From: Candidatus Margulisiibacteriota bacterium
GTDB taxonomy: Bacteria > Margulisbacteria > WOR-1 > O2-12-FULL-45-9
Direction: 5' to 3'
DNA: 64,000 nt
Assembly (NCBI GenBank): GCA_034723395.1
Contig: JAYEOW010000004.1
Coordinates: forward strand, 35,279-99,278
Shown in pieces: positions 27,152 to 37,243 of this stretch. The first letter of the stretch is position 1. Every line of letters begins with the position of its first letter. The notes under the pieces were generated by a model. It was not told where the DNA came from, searched no databases, and saw only the letters and a list, made by a program, of their open reading frames with translations. The position numbers and the translations under genes are program-made.

Positions 27152-27164
27152 TTCAGCTTCAGCA

Positions 27165-28265
27165 ATGCCAAAATATGACATTATCATTGTCGCCAACAGT
27201 CCTGGAGAGCTCTCCGCGCTGGTAAAGCCGGTAGCCGAAACCCTGCATAAAAAAATAGAGGACGCCCGGCTAATCCTGGTCCTAACCCCCTGCCAGTACA
27301 CCAGCGGGAAAGAGATCGAATATATAAAAACGATCCGCGGAATATCTGGAGTCATCCCTCAAGAAGAATATTCTAAGTGGATCTTACGTAGCAATAAGCC
27401 GAAAATAAATTTTAATGCGAAGGGCATCGTACTCTATCTTGGCGGCGACCTCGCCCACGCTATTTTAGTTTCGAAAAAAGTTAAATATCCTGCCTACGCT
27501 TATGTTCAGGACCGCACCGGATGGAATGGATCGTATAAAAAGTTCTTTATCCCGGATGCAAAGGCCAAAAAGAAGCTGAAGTTAAAAAAGAAAGTGAAGA
27601 TTGTCGGTGATCTTATGGTAGATTCGATCGAGACCATGAAAAAATGGGCACCCAAGAAAAACGTGATCACCTTTCTCCCCGGCAGCCGCAGCTGGCAGAT
27701 AAACCATACTACACCGATCTATAAAAAGATTATCGAACATATCAGGGCAGAAATGCCGCAGATCAATTTCCAACTGGTCAGCTCCCCGTTTATAAAAGCT
27801 AGGCCGATCAAAGGGGTAAAAAGAGTCGGGCTGGATGAGGTTTACAACTCGGAGCTGGTGATTACAATTCCAGGGACAAATACGGCGCGCTTAGCCGCGC
27901 TGGGAATGCCGATGTTGGTTGTCTTCCCATTAGATAATTCAGATATTATCCCGCTTGAAGGATTGCCGCATTATATCGGAAAAATCCCTTACATTGGATT
28001 GAAATTTAAAAGGGCGCTGATCGATACGTTAAACAAAAAGATCAAATACTTCGCCTTGCCGAATATGAAAGCAGACCGGGAGATCACCCCCGAGATCCGG
28101 GGAGTTGTCGATCCGGCGATCGTCGCCTTAAAAGCAATCGCATTATTGAAAGATTATGACCAGAGAAAGAAGATGTCGGAAGACCTTAAAAAGGCGATGG
28201 GAAAACCAGGCGCGGCAGAAAAAATAGCGGAGGAGATAGATGAGGCTTTACGCAAAACTGCTTAA
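27165..28265 (+). CDS. lpxB: lipid-A-disaccharide synthase-like glycosyltransferase (GT19)
   Basis: 366 aa; FLPGSRSWQI, IPGTNTARLAALGMPMLVV and ALPNMKADREITPEIRG mirror LpxB motifs (LPGSR, SGTATLE, LPNI..vPEl). Confidence 0.65.
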   Translation: MPKYDIIIVANSPGELSALVKPVAETLHKKIEDARLILVLTPCQYTSGKEIEYIKTIRGISGVIPQEEYSKWILRSNKPKINFNAKGIVLYLGGDLAHAILVSKKVKYPAYAYVQDRTGWNGSYKKFFIPDAKAKKKLKLKKKVKIVGDLMVDSIETMKKWAPKKNVITFLPGSRSWQINHTTPIYKKIIEHIRAEMPQINFQLVSSPFIKARPIKGVKRVGLDEVYNSELVITIPGTNTARLAALGMPMLVVFPLDNSDIIPLEGLPHYIGKIPYIGLKFKRALIDTLNKKIKYFALPNMKADREITPEIRGVVDPAIVALKAIALLKDYDQRKKMSEDLKKAMGKPGAAEKIAEEIDEALRKTA

Positions 28266-30030
28266 ACATTTAAGGCCATATATCCCGCAGGTTATCGGAG
28301 CAACAATCTGCACCGCCCTGGTGGCCGGATGTACGCTAATGATCGCCCCCTTAGCCGGCTATATTTTTAAGGTGATCGAGGAAAAAGAGGTCAGCATGCT
28401 CAATCTAGCCGCCCTGGGGATGATCGGACTGTTTTTTTTAAAAGGGATTTTTACTTATGGGCAAGAATATCTATCTTACTTCGTTGTCCACCGGATAATT
28501 GTCGACCTTAGGAACCGTGTATACGAACATTTACAAGATTTATCGCTTGATTTTCATATGAAATGGAACACTGGAGAACTGGTCTCACGGGTAATGAACG
28601 ATATCCAGATCCTTCAAACCACCCTTTTCAGCAGTTTTGTCACTATTGTCCCCCACTCATTTCTCCTGACCGGGTTGATCGTTTACATCTTCTGGCTTAA
28701 TTGGAGACTGGCGCTTTTAACTTTTATCGCATTCCCTCTGATCGTCCAGGTGATCCGTTATTTTGCTAAAGAGATCCGGGAGATCAGTGAAGGGATACAA
28801 CAGAAAGCAGCCGACATTACTTCTCACCTCGAAGAAACCCTCTCTCAAATAAAGGTTGTTAAATCTTTTTCTATGGAACAGAAGGAGATCGACAAATTCA
28901 AAGGTGAGACCGAAAAATCGTTTAAAATAAATATGAAAGCGGTCCAGATCCTCGCCACCCAAAATCCGGTGGTAGCACTGCTGCAAACCACCGCGGTGGT
29001 TGCGATCGTTTGGTTTGGAGGGGTGGAAATAATTAACGGGAACCTTACCGTGCCGCAACTCATCTCATTTGCCACCGCTCTGGGGATCATGACCGATCCG
29101 GGGAATACTTTAAGCAAGGCATACAGTATCCTCCAGCAAGGGATGGCGTCGATCAAACGTATATTTGAAGTGATCGATATATCCCCAACGATAAAAGATG
29201 ATAAAGGGGCCAGGGATATCGGGAAGATCAGCGGCCAGGTCGATTTTAAAAATCTCCATTTCGCCTATGAAAAAGACGAGGTATTGAAGGGGATCGACCT
29301 TTCGGTCTCCCCCGGCGAGATTGTTGCATTGGTCGGCCGTACCGGAGCGGGAAAAAGCACCCTGGTCAGCATGCTCTTCCGTTTCCACGATCCATCAAAG
29401 GGTGAAGTCTTAGTTGATGATAAGGATATCAGAAAAATAAAGATCGAATCGCTCCGTAAACAGATCGCGGTCGTACCGCAGGAGATCGCCCTCTTCCGCG
29501 GGACAATTAAGGATAACATTGCTTATGGAAAGGATAAGGCCGGTGATGACAAGATCATCAACGCAGCTAGATCAGCTAATGCCCATGATTTCATCAAAAA
29601 ACTCCCGGATGGTTATGATACCGAAGTCGGCGAGCGCGGAACCAAGCTTTCCGGCGGGGAAAGACAGCGGATTGCGATCGCCCGTGCTATTCTTCGCGAC
29701 CCTAGGATTTTAATTTTAGACGAGGCCACCTCTTCGCTGGATGCCGAGACTGAAGCGTTAATCCGGGATGCGTTAGAGAGGTTAATGCAAGGAAGAACTA
29801 CCTTTATTATTGCTCACCGCCTTTATACCGTAGAAAAAGCTGACCGCATTGTCGTTTTGGAGAAAGGAAACATCGCTGAAAGCGGATCACACCAAGAGTT
29901 GTTAGGAAAAGATGGGCTCTACAAGCGCCTTTACGAGATCTCCCGAGGTTCCGATTTCATCGGAGCTCGGGATCCCGCAACACATAATAATATAGATGAT
30001 AAGGAAGCGGGACAATTCAAGAATAAATAA
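28240..30030 (+). CDS. msbA: ABC exporter, fused permease-ATPase, MsbA-like lipid A flippase
   Basis: 596 aa; 6 TM plus Walker A GRTGAGKST, signature LSGGERQR and Walker B ILILDEATS. LPS gene context. Confidence 0.75.
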   Translation: MRLYAKLLKHLRPYIPQVIGATICTALVAGCTLMIAPLAGYIFKVIEEKEVSMLNLAALGMIGLFFLKGIFTYGQEYLSYFVVHRIIVDLRNRVYEHLQDLSLDFHMKWNTGELVSRVMNDIQILQTTLFSSFVTIVPHSFLLTGLIVYIFWLNWRLALLTFIAFPLIVQVIRYFAKEIREISEGIQQKAADITSHLEETLSQIKVVKSFSMEQKEIDKFKGETEKSFKINMKAVQILATQNPVVALLQTTAVVAIVWFGGVEIINGNLTVPQLISFATALGIMTDPGNTLSKAYSILQQGMASIKRIFEVIDISPTIKDDKGARDIGKISGQVDFKNLHFAYEKDEVLKGIDLSVSPGEIVALVGRTGAGKSTLVSMLFRFHDPSKGEVLVDDKDIRKIKIESLRKQIAVVPQEIALFRGTIKDNIAYGKDKAGDDKIINAARSANAHDFIKKLPDGYDTEVGERGTKLSGGERQRIAIARAILRDPRILILDEATSSLDAETEALIRDALERLMQGRTTFIIAHRLYTVEKADRIVVLEKGNIAESGSHQELLGKDGLYKRLYEISRGSDFIGARDPATHNNIDDKEAGQFKNK

Positions 30031-30878
30031 TGGTCATTTTTTTAAATATTTTACAACTTATTTTTAGGATCATCTTTTTTCTTCCAGCAGGGATCGCCTT
30101 AGCGATAATGAATTTTTGCGCTCTCCTGACTTATTATGTTGTCCGCGTTACCCCGCTTAGAAAAAATACGGAAAATAATATTAAATTAGTCCTCCCTCAT
30201 GCCGATTCAAGAACGATCGCAGATAAACTATTAAAAAATACAAGTTATTCTATCTTTGAGATTCTTTGCATCCCCTTCTTTAAAAAAGAGCATTTTCACA
30301 AGAAAATCCGCTGGCATGGGGAACGTCATTTAAAAAACGGAGCGATTATCCTTACTATGCATGCCGGGAATTATGAATTAATCCCCTCTGCACTTGCACA
30401 CCTAGGGCATAAAACAACCACTGTGCTGCGGGCAACTGATGATCCACTTTTTAAGATCGTTAATCGTAGTCGTAGCCATGGCGGTGCAAAATTAATTAAC
30501 ACCCTTGAAGAAGATATGTATAAAGGATCATTAAAGGCATTAAGCGAGGGGGAGCTTGTTTTTCTTCTGGCAGATACCGGAGCACTTGAAAGCCGCCACG
30601 AATTTTTTGACTTTCTCGGCAAAAAGGTTCCCGTGGCCACCGGATGGTTAACCTTAGCACAGCGTGCTGGTTGCCCGGTTATCCCTACCCTTACTGGGAG
30701 AGAAAACGGCAAAAATTTAATCGCCTTTTTTGATCCAATTTATATTACCAAAGAAAACCGTGAAGCTATGATGGAAAAAACAGCAAAAGTTTTTGAAGAT
30801 TTTATTAAAGCCAATCCCGAAAGCTGGGCGCTATTTCTTAACACCTATGAAACAAAAAGGATGGTGGAGGGAAAATGA
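30030..30878 (+). CDS. lipid A late acyltransferase-like protein (LpxL/HtrB family)
   Basis: 282 aa; N-terminal TM and the HAGNYE H(x)4E acyltransferase motif. TAATG junction with msbA. Confidence 0.65.
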   Translation: MVIFLNILQLIFRIIFFLPAGIALAIMNFCALLTYYVVRVTPLRKNTENNIKLVLPHADSRTIADKLLKNTSYSIFEILCIPFFKKEHFHKKIRWHGERHLKNGAIILTMHAGNYELIPSALAHLGHKTTTVLRATDDPLFKIVNRSRSHGGAKLINTLEEDMYKGSLKALSEGELVFLLADTGALESRHEFFDFLGKKVPVATGWLTLAQRAGCPVIPTLTGRENGKNLIAFFDPIYITKENREAMMEKTAKVFEDFIKANPESWALFLNTYETKRMVEGK

Positions 30879-32449
30879 TGGAAAATGAAATACCAAAAAT
30901 AAAAAATAAAAATTATGGAATAATTATTTTAATTATTTTGGCTAGTGTTCTTTTTCTTTTCCAATTGGGGTCTTTCTCCCTTTACGATGCGGCGGAAACA
31001 ACTTACGGAGAATTCATCAAACAGATCCATCTAACGGGTGATTGGATAACAATGCACTACAATGGGGAGATAATATTCGACAAACCTCCGCTCTATTTTT
31101 GGCTCGCCAGCCTGGCGACCCTCCTTTTTGGTTTTGGAGAATTCGCCATCCGCTTTCCGGCGGCCATCGCGGGAATATTTACAGTAGTTACCACCTATTT
31201 TCTTGGAAAAACGTTTTACAATCAAAGGACCGGCTTCCTTTCGGCGATCATAGTAATGACCACTTTTCAATTCTTGATCCAATCACGCATTGCCGAGATC
31301 GACATTCTGCTCACCCTGCTGATCACCCTCGCCTTCCTATTCTTTTGGTACGCTTATCAAAGCGGTAAAGCCTATTTCTATTGGCTTTTTTATGTAGTGA
31401 TGGCCCTCGGATTGCTGGCCAAAGGGATTATCGGGATCGCTATCCCCGGTTTTGCCATATTTTTATTCTTACTTTTTAAAAAAGAATTGGGAAAAATATG
31501 GGAAATGCATATACCGGTGGGAATTTTAATAACGCTATTGATTGGAGCCCCTTGGTATATCGCCGAAGGCTACTTGCATGGCAAAGTATTTCTCGACTTT
31601 GTTATCGGGTTTTTATTTATGTCGCGTTTTGGCGGAGTGGTCGCCGGCCATCCCGGCCCGTGGTTCTATTATTTCCTGGCACTATTGCTCGGCTTTGCCC
31701 CCTGGTCTCATTTCCTCCCCTATGCTTTCGTTAGAACATTTAGAAAATGGCAAGAGTCACCGGCGCTTCTATCGCTCTGCTTTATTATTCCAGTATTAAT
31801 TATTTTTTCAATAGCTAAAACCAAACTACCAAACTACATTTTCCCTCTCTATCCCTTTCTTGCGATCATGGTCGGAAAACTTTGGGATGATTTCCTAGGA
31901 GAAGAGCGGGACAAGATGCGTTCGGGAATGTCTCTCGCCTATATTATCTTCGGCATCATCGTCGCACTGTTAATTATCGGATTTACTATCCTGGGAACCT
32001 CAAATTATTCAGTTGAATACCATGAATTACTCCCCAGCCTCTCTCTTCTCGGGGGGATATTGGTTGGAAGCGCAATCTTTTCATTCGGACTATACATTTT
32101 CCAGCAATATAAACTTTCATTCGCACTTATTCCAATCATGCTTTTTGCCATAACCTTTATTCTAACCACCCAAACCCTCCCTTTTGTTGAAAGGTTTAAA
32201 GGATCAAAGGATTTAGGGCAAAAGGTAAATGAGTCTATTGAAAAGAATGAATATATCGCAGCTTATAAGATCGGGAACCGTCCTAGTGTTGTTTACTACA
32301 ACTTAAAACCGGTTGTTTTCCTAGAAAACGAAGAGCAAGCTAAATTGTTCCTTAAAAATAAAAGTGGATATCTTTTTACAACCGAGAAAGAATTAAAAAA
32401 ACATGGAAAAGTGTTTGCAGAAAAAGGTAAATTGATCGTAATCAGATGA
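30875..32449 (+). CDS. GT-C fold glycosyltransferase, ArnT/PMT-like (GT39/GT83)
   Basis: 524 aa, more than 10 TM; FDKPPLYFWL first-loop motif. Confidence 0.75.
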   Translation: MMENEIPKIKNKNYGIIILIILASVLFLFQLGSFSLYDAAETTYGEFIKQIHLTGDWITMHYNGEIIFDKPPLYFWLASLATLLFGFGEFAIRFPAAIAGIFTVVTTYFLGKTFYNQRTGFLSAIIVMTTFQFLIQSRIAEIDILLTLLITLAFLFFWYAYQSGKAYFYWLFYVVMALGLLAKGIIGIAIPGFAIFLFLLFKKELGKIWEMHIPVGILITLLIGAPWYIAEGYLHGKVFLDFVIGFLFMSRFGGVVAGHPGPWFYYFLALLLGFAPWSHFLPYAFVRTFRKWQESPALLSLCFIIPVLIIFSIAKTKLPNYIFPLYPFLAIMVGKLWDDFLGEERDKMRSGMSLAYIIFGIIVALLIIGFTILGTSNYSVEYHELLPSLSLLGGILVGSAIFSFGLYIFQQYKLSFALIPIMLFAITFILTTQTLPFVERFKGSKDLGQKVNESIEKNEYIAAYKIGNRPSVVYYNLKPVVFLENEEQAKLFLKNKSGYLFTTEKELKKHGKVFAEKGKLIVIR

Positions 32450-33198
32450 AAACCTACCTGGTCATACCGACCTATAACGAAGCGGGGAATATCGAAGCGC
32501 TGTTAAAAGAGATCAGAGCGCAAAATATTCCAGATTTAACACCAGTCGTAGTCGACGACAATTCGCCCGATGGGACAGCTAAGCTTGCCGAAAAGGATGC
32601 AAAGGTAATTCTTCGCACAAAAGATCGCGGTAGAGGGTCGGCCGGGATTGAAGGTTTTAAGTACGCTCTCAAGGAAGGAGCGGACTATATCATCGAAATG
32701 GATGCCGACTTTTCCCATCATCCGAAATATTTGAAAGATTTGATCAAGCCGATGGATAAATACGACATTGTTTTAGGCTCACGTTTTGTAGAGGGCGGAA
32801 AAGATCTCGACCGGGGAATTGCCCGAAAAGTGGTCACGACCTTTGCCAGGAATTATATCAAATGGATGTTGGGCATAAAAATAAATGACATAACTTCGGG
32901 TTACCGATGTTTTAGAAGGAAAGTTTTGGAAGCGATAGATCTCGATCATATGATCTCAACCGGGCCGTCTATCGTAAGCGAAATCCTCTACAAAGCCTCG
33001 CTTAAAGGGTTTAAAATATATGAGGCCCCGATTATATTCGAGGATCGTAAAACGGGGGAAACTAAACTAAATTTTAAGATCCTTCTAAAGACCTTATATA
33101 TGATCTATAAATTTAGAAAAGCTTGGCCCGACGCTAAAAGCGTCGGTTCCAAAAAAGAAAAGGAACCGACAATTTCATTGTCGGGACAAACAAAGTAA
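32446..33198 (+). CDS. polyprenyl-phosphate glycosyltransferase (GT2, Dpm1/ArnC-like)
   Basis: 250 aa; LVIPTYNEAGNI, VVDDNSPDGT, EMDADFSH. Confidence 0.85.
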   Translation: MKTYLVIPTYNEAGNIEALLKEIRAQNIPDLTPVVVDDNSPDGTAKLAEKDAKVILRTKDRGRGSAGIEGFKYALKEGADYIIEMDADFSHHPKYLKDLIKPMDKYDIVLGSRFVEGGKDLDRGIARKVVTTFARNYIKWMLGIKINDITSGYRCFRRKVLEAIDLDHMISTGPSIVSEILYKASLKGFKIYEAPIIFEDRKTGETKLNFKILLKTLYMIYKFRKAWPDAKSVGSKKEKEPTISLSGQTK

Positions 33199-34274
33199 TG
33201 AAAAAATTCCTTTTTATCTCCAACGGCCATGGAGAAGACCTGGTAGCAGCCGAGATGATCAAAAAACTCGAAGGCAGGGTAGAAATGTCGGTCCTCCCCG
33301 TAGTTGGAGAAGGAAAAGCTTTTAACGGACTTAAAGTAAACATTCTTGGGCCGCGAAAAGAGCTCCCCAGCGGGGGCTTTTCACTGCGTAATATAAAATA
33401 TTTGGCCAGCGACCTTTTTTACGGCCTGCTGGGAAATACCGTCAACCAGGTAAAGATCCTTAGAAAATATAAAGGCAAATTCGACCAGGTTATCGCCGTT
33501 GGGGATATTGTTTCGATGATCGGCGCTAAAATGGTAAAGTCCCCTTTTGTCTTTGTCGGGGTTAATAAATCGAGTTATTACAAGTCGTTCGGTCATGATT
33601 ATACCCCCTGGGAGAAATTTCTCTTGAAAGACCATGCATTAAAAGTTTTTGTCCGCGATAAATTCAGCGAACAGCGGTTGCGCACCCACGGGATCAAGAT
33701 CCCGCAGGCAGTCTATGTAGGAAATCCTCTAATGGATTGCATTGGTAATACGGTAGTTCGTAGTGCAGGAAAATCTAATACGGTTACGATCGGCTTTCTC
33801 CCCGGCACTCGTGAAGACGCGCGCTTAAACCTTGAAGATTTTAAGGAAATAATCGAAGAGATCATCAAAATGAATAGAGAAGAGATCGAATTTAAATTCT
33901 TGGTCGCGACCAAAGAGAAAAACGTTCCGATCTATATGGAGAACAGGCCTTTCGCCGAAGTTCTTGCAGAATCCGATTTAATCGTCGGACTTTCCGGAAC
34001 AGGCAATGAACAAGCGGCTGGATCTGGAATCCCGATCGTCTCTTTTTATGGAAGAGGCTCACAGTACACCAAGAAATTTGGCGAAGCACAAAAACAACTT
34101 CTCGGTGAGTCACTCTCTCTAGTCAGAAACCAGGACCCGATCCCAGTCGCCGCCGAAGTTTGGGAATTACTGCATAACCCTACTCGTATGAAATACATGG
34201 GGAAGAAAGGGAGAGAGCGAATGGGAAGCCCCGGCGCGGTAAAAAAGATCTCAGAGTTCTTACTTATTATCTAA
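33198..34274 (+). CDS. lipid-A-disaccharide synthase-related protein (second LpxB-like paralog)
   Basis: 358 aa; FISNGHGEDL N-terminus, FLPGTRED, LSGTGNEQAAGSGIPIV. Confidence 0.6.
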   Translation: MKKFLFISNGHGEDLVAAEMIKKLEGRVEMSVLPVVGEGKAFNGLKVNILGPRKELPSGGFSLRNIKYLASDLFYGLLGNTVNQVKILRKYKGKFDQVIAVGDIVSMIGAKMVKSPFVFVGVNKSSYYKSFGHDYTPWEKFLLKDHALKVFVRDKFSEQRLRTHGIKIPQAVYVGNPLMDCIGNTVVRSAGKSNTVTIGFLPGTREDARLNLEDFKEIIEEIIKMNREEIEFKFLVATKEKNVPIYMENRPFAEVLAESDLIVGLSGTGNEQAAGSGIPIVSFYGRGSQYTKKFGEAQKQLLGESLSLVRNQDPIPVAAEVWELLHNPTRMKYMGKKGRERMGSPGAVKKISEFLLII

Positions 34275-35365
34275 TGAAAATCGTCTGGATCATGCCTTCA
34301 AAAAGGATCGGTGGCGGCGTTCGGGTGATCTTTGAATACGGTAACCGGTTAACCGACCTTGGACATGAAGTAATCCACATCGCCCCCTTCGAACAGTTCC
34401 CCTACCCGCTCAACTGGTTTAAGCGATTAGAGCTTAAATTAAGAGAGAAGATTTATTACAAATTAAAGCTCGGGAAAACAAAACCTTTTGAATCAAAACC
34501 GAGCTGGTTTCCGTTAAAAGCAAAACTGATAGAAGTACCGGACCTCTCGGCAAAATATATACCTGATGCAGATATAGTTATCGCTACCGCGTGGGACACG
34601 GTGGAATGGGTAAATACCTACCCTGCTTCCAAGGGGAGTAAGTTCTATTTTGTTCAACATTATGAAACCTGGGCGGGCCCTAAAAAAAGGGTCGATCAAA
34701 CCTACAAACTAGCATTTAAAAAGATCACTATCGCCTCCTGGCTGACAAAAAAGATGGAAGAGTTCGGCGAAAAAGTTTACGCTACCATCAATAACGGGAT
34801 AAATCTAAAACAATTTTACAATAATAACAAAAAGTATAATGGTCCCCGCCGGATCGGGATGCTCTACCATGGGGCGGAATGGAAAGGGATTAAAGATGGG
34901 CTGGAGGCCTTCTCGATTGCGCAAAAAAAGTTCCCGCAAGTAACATTAGTTATGTTTGGCGTCAAGAAAGAAGAGCGAAAGGTGCCGATCCCCGATTTTG
35001 TCGAGTTTTATCAAAATCCTCCTCAGGATAAAATAAGGGATATTTACTCTTCGCTCGACATTTTTCTCTCTCCCAGCTGGACCGAAGGCTTTGGGCTCCC
35101 CGCGATGGAGGCAATGGCCTGCAAATGCGCCGTAGTTTCGACCGATACCGGAGGAATCAACGACTTCACGATAGCGGGTAAAACTGCCCTCATCTCCCCT
35201 CCACGCAATCCGGAAGCGCTGGCCAAAAACCTTGTCGCTCTTCTAGAAAACGAGGAAAAATTAAAACAATTTTCCGAGGCAGGATTCGAACATATTAAAA
35301 ATTTTAGCTGGGATAGAGCGGCTAAAAAACTCGAAGAGACCCTAAAAAACAACTACCGCAGGTAA
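34274..35365 (+). CDS. glycosyltransferase family 4
   Basis: 363 aa; EGFGLPAMEAMACKCAVVSTDTGG (E-x7-E). Confidence 0.85.
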   Translation: MKIVWIMPSKRIGGGVRVIFEYGNRLTDLGHEVIHIAPFEQFPYPLNWFKRLELKLREKIYYKLKLGKTKPFESKPSWFPLKAKLIEVPDLSAKYIPDADIVIATAWDTVEWVNTYPASKGSKFYFVQHYETWAGPKKRVDQTYKLAFKKITIASWLTKKMEEFGEKVYATINNGINLKQFYNNNKKYNGPRRIGMLYHGAEWKGIKDGLEAFSIAQKKFPQVTLVMFGVKKEERKVPIPDFVEFYQNPPQDKIRDIYSSLDIFLSPSWTEGFGLPAMEAMACKCAVVSTDTGGINDFTIAGKTALISPPRNPEALAKNLVALLENEEKLKQFSEAGFEHIKNFSWDRAAKKLEETLKNNYRR

Positions 35366-36036
35366 TCTTTCCACTTCTCCTGGAAACGCTGGCCATTTTT
35401 AGTATACAATTCTTTCCAGTTTGGAAGCTTGCTTCCCGCGGTCCCCTTGCTCTTATGTTTGACTAATACTCTCTGATCGATATAAATATTCAGACCTGCC
35501 GCCCAGGTCTTAAAACAAAGATCAAGATCTTCTCCCCCGGCGATCTCATAATCCTCTGAGAATCCGGAAAGTTCATCTTTTAGGATGGACAATTTCGAAA
35601 AAATTGCTACGCCTGAAGGGCACTCTTTATTAAACGGCGGCAGTTTTATAATTTTTCTTCCCGGCCACCAGCGCTCGGCAATCTTCATCCCTTTTGTATA
35701 GCACGGATAGACTAAGCCAGATTTAGGATCAGCAGAGAAGGTTTCGGACAACTTCTCAAACCAATTTTTTGGAAATTCGGTATCGTTATTACAGATCGCG
35801 ATATATTCTCCAGAGGCTAAGGCCATCCCCTTATTAAAGCCATGCGCAAATCCCGTATTCTGATCAAAAAAGTGGTATTTGTCCGCGTTTTTCTTAATAA
35901 AGTCTTGAGTCCCGTCACTGCTCCCGTTATCAACCATGATCAGCTCGTGGGAAACCGATGTATTTTTCCTTATGCTCTCAACGAATTTCTTCGTCAGCTC
36001 CAATCCATCCCAAGTTAAAGTAACAACACTTAACAT
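35353..36036 (-). CDS. glycosyltransferase family 2
   Basis: I start at MLSVVTLTWDG (ATG 36036); [10 protein letters not shown]. The 3' end overlaps the GT4 gene by 13 nt (convergent). Confidence 0.8.
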   Translation of the reverse strand: MLSVVTLTWDGLELTKKFVESIRKNTSVSHELIMVDNGSSDGTQDFIKKNADKYHFFDQNTGFAHGFNKGMALASGEYIAICNNDTEFPKNWFEKLSETFSADPKSGLVYPCYTKGMKIAERWWPGRKIIKLPPFNKECPSGVAIFSKLSILKDELSGFSEDYEIAGGEDLDLCFKTWAAGLNIYIDQRVLVKHKSKGTAGSKLPNWKELYTKNGQRFQEKWKDYLR

Positions 36037-36040
36037 TTCT

Positions 36041-36054
36041 GCTATAATTATAGC
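36041..36054. promoter_or_regulatory. perfect 14-bp palindrome GCTATAATTATAGC carrying TATAAT on both strands between divergent GT genes
   Basis: Read directly. Plus-strand TATAAT is at 36043-36048, 6 nt before ATG 36055. Minus-strand TATAAT is at 36052-36047, 10 nt before ATG 36036. Confidence 0.5.
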
Positions 36055-36780
36055 ATGCTGAATAAGGAAATATTCAAAGATAAACACATCATCTTTGTCG
36101 TCACTCATCTCTGTAAGCCGGCCATTGTTCTATTTATGGAAAGTATAATCCCGATCCTTGATAAGCACCCCGATCTGATCATGGCGGTAATCGACAGCAG
36201 ATCTAGCGATGATATCCTTGAATACTTAAAAAGCATTAAGCATAAACAGGTCGTGTTCGAGTACCTGCCCGAGAATATCGGCAAGGCTCGCGCAGCCAAT
36301 GAATTCATCGCTAAATATATCGATGAGGGCAACCTGCCAAAAACTGTCTGGTCGATGGACCCCGATATCATTCTCGATCCATTAAGCTTTGATTTCCTCC
36401 TGGACGCGGTACAGAATATAGAAGGGAAGATCGCTATTTTGGGAATGCGCTATAAGAACAACAATTGTAATCCCGAAATAAACCTCTGGTTCCCGGCAAA
36501 AAAGGTCAAAGGCAAAAACGGCAAGACCTACAGCATCAATATCCCCTCTTTTTGTTGTGTGGCTGGACCGATCCTGGCGATGAAGGGAAAAGTTTTAAGC
36601 AAGCTATTAAATTTTAAATTATTCCCTAAGAAATTTACCCGTGTTTACGGCGGGGATGATTCGGCAATCTATCTTGAACTAAAAAAACAGGGCTATAAAA
36701 TGGCTTATTTAAACGGAACACTTGTAACTCATTTAAAATCCGGAAACAAGCTCGCCCCGGAAATAAAAGACATGGTATAA
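36055..36780 (+). CDS. divergent GT2-like glycosyltransferase
   Basis: 241 aa; beta1-like IIFVVT, VIDSRSSDD, MDPDII (DxD-like). Confidence 0.5.
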   Translation: MLNKEIFKDKHIIFVVTHLCKPAIVLFMESIIPILDKHPDLIMAVIDSRSSDDILEYLKSIKHKQVVFEYLPENIGKARAANEFIAKYIDEGNLPKTVWSMDPDIILDPLSFDFLLDAVQNIEGKIAILGMRYKNNNCNPEINLWFPAKKVKGKNGKTYSINIPSFCCVAGPILAMKGKVLSKLLNFKLFPKKFTRVYGGDDSAIYLELKKQGYKMAYLNGTLVTHLKSGNKLAPEIKDMV

Positions 36781-36787
36781 TAAATTT

Positions 36788-37243
36788 ATGGCTGAAACAC
36801 TTGGCAGTCTTATAGACAAACTAACCATCAAAAAGATCAGATTGCTCCATTTGGAAAAGGCTAAGCCTTCTCCCAAAGTAAAAAAGGCCCGGGCAATCGT
36901 TAAGCAGCAGATCGTTGATCTCTCTTTGGAAATTGATGATTTCCATAAAAAAGCGCTCAAAGGCAAGGTTATTTTGAGGGAACAGAAGGTAAAACTCTAT
37001 CGCAATCCCCCCTCTCGCCTGAAATTAAATAAAATAAGATCCCTGGGCCGCTTAGTAGACTTATTATCGCAGATAAACAAGGAATTATGGGACTTTGAAG
37101 ATCAGGTCCGCATCAAAGGGATCCCTTATAAAAGAGTAGCTTATTGCAAAAGAAACATAGATCTTTGCAACAAAGAGCGCAATAATACGATTGACCGCAT
37201 TGACGAACTCCTTGAGCAGCACATTAAGCAATGCCGCAAATAG
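36788..37243 (+). CDS. DUF4254-like protein
   Basis: 151 aa helical; KELWDFEDQVR resembles the DUF4254 core as I recall it. Overlaps the start of the next gene (GT9) by 13 nt. Confidence 0.5.
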   Translation: MAETLGSLIDKLTIKKIRLLHLEKAKPSPKVKKARAIVKQQIVDLSLEIDDFHKKALKGKVILREQKVKLYRNPPSRLKLNKIRSLGRLVDLLSQINKELWDFEDQVRIKGIPYKRVAYCKRNIDLCNKERNNTIDRIDELLEQHIKQCRK

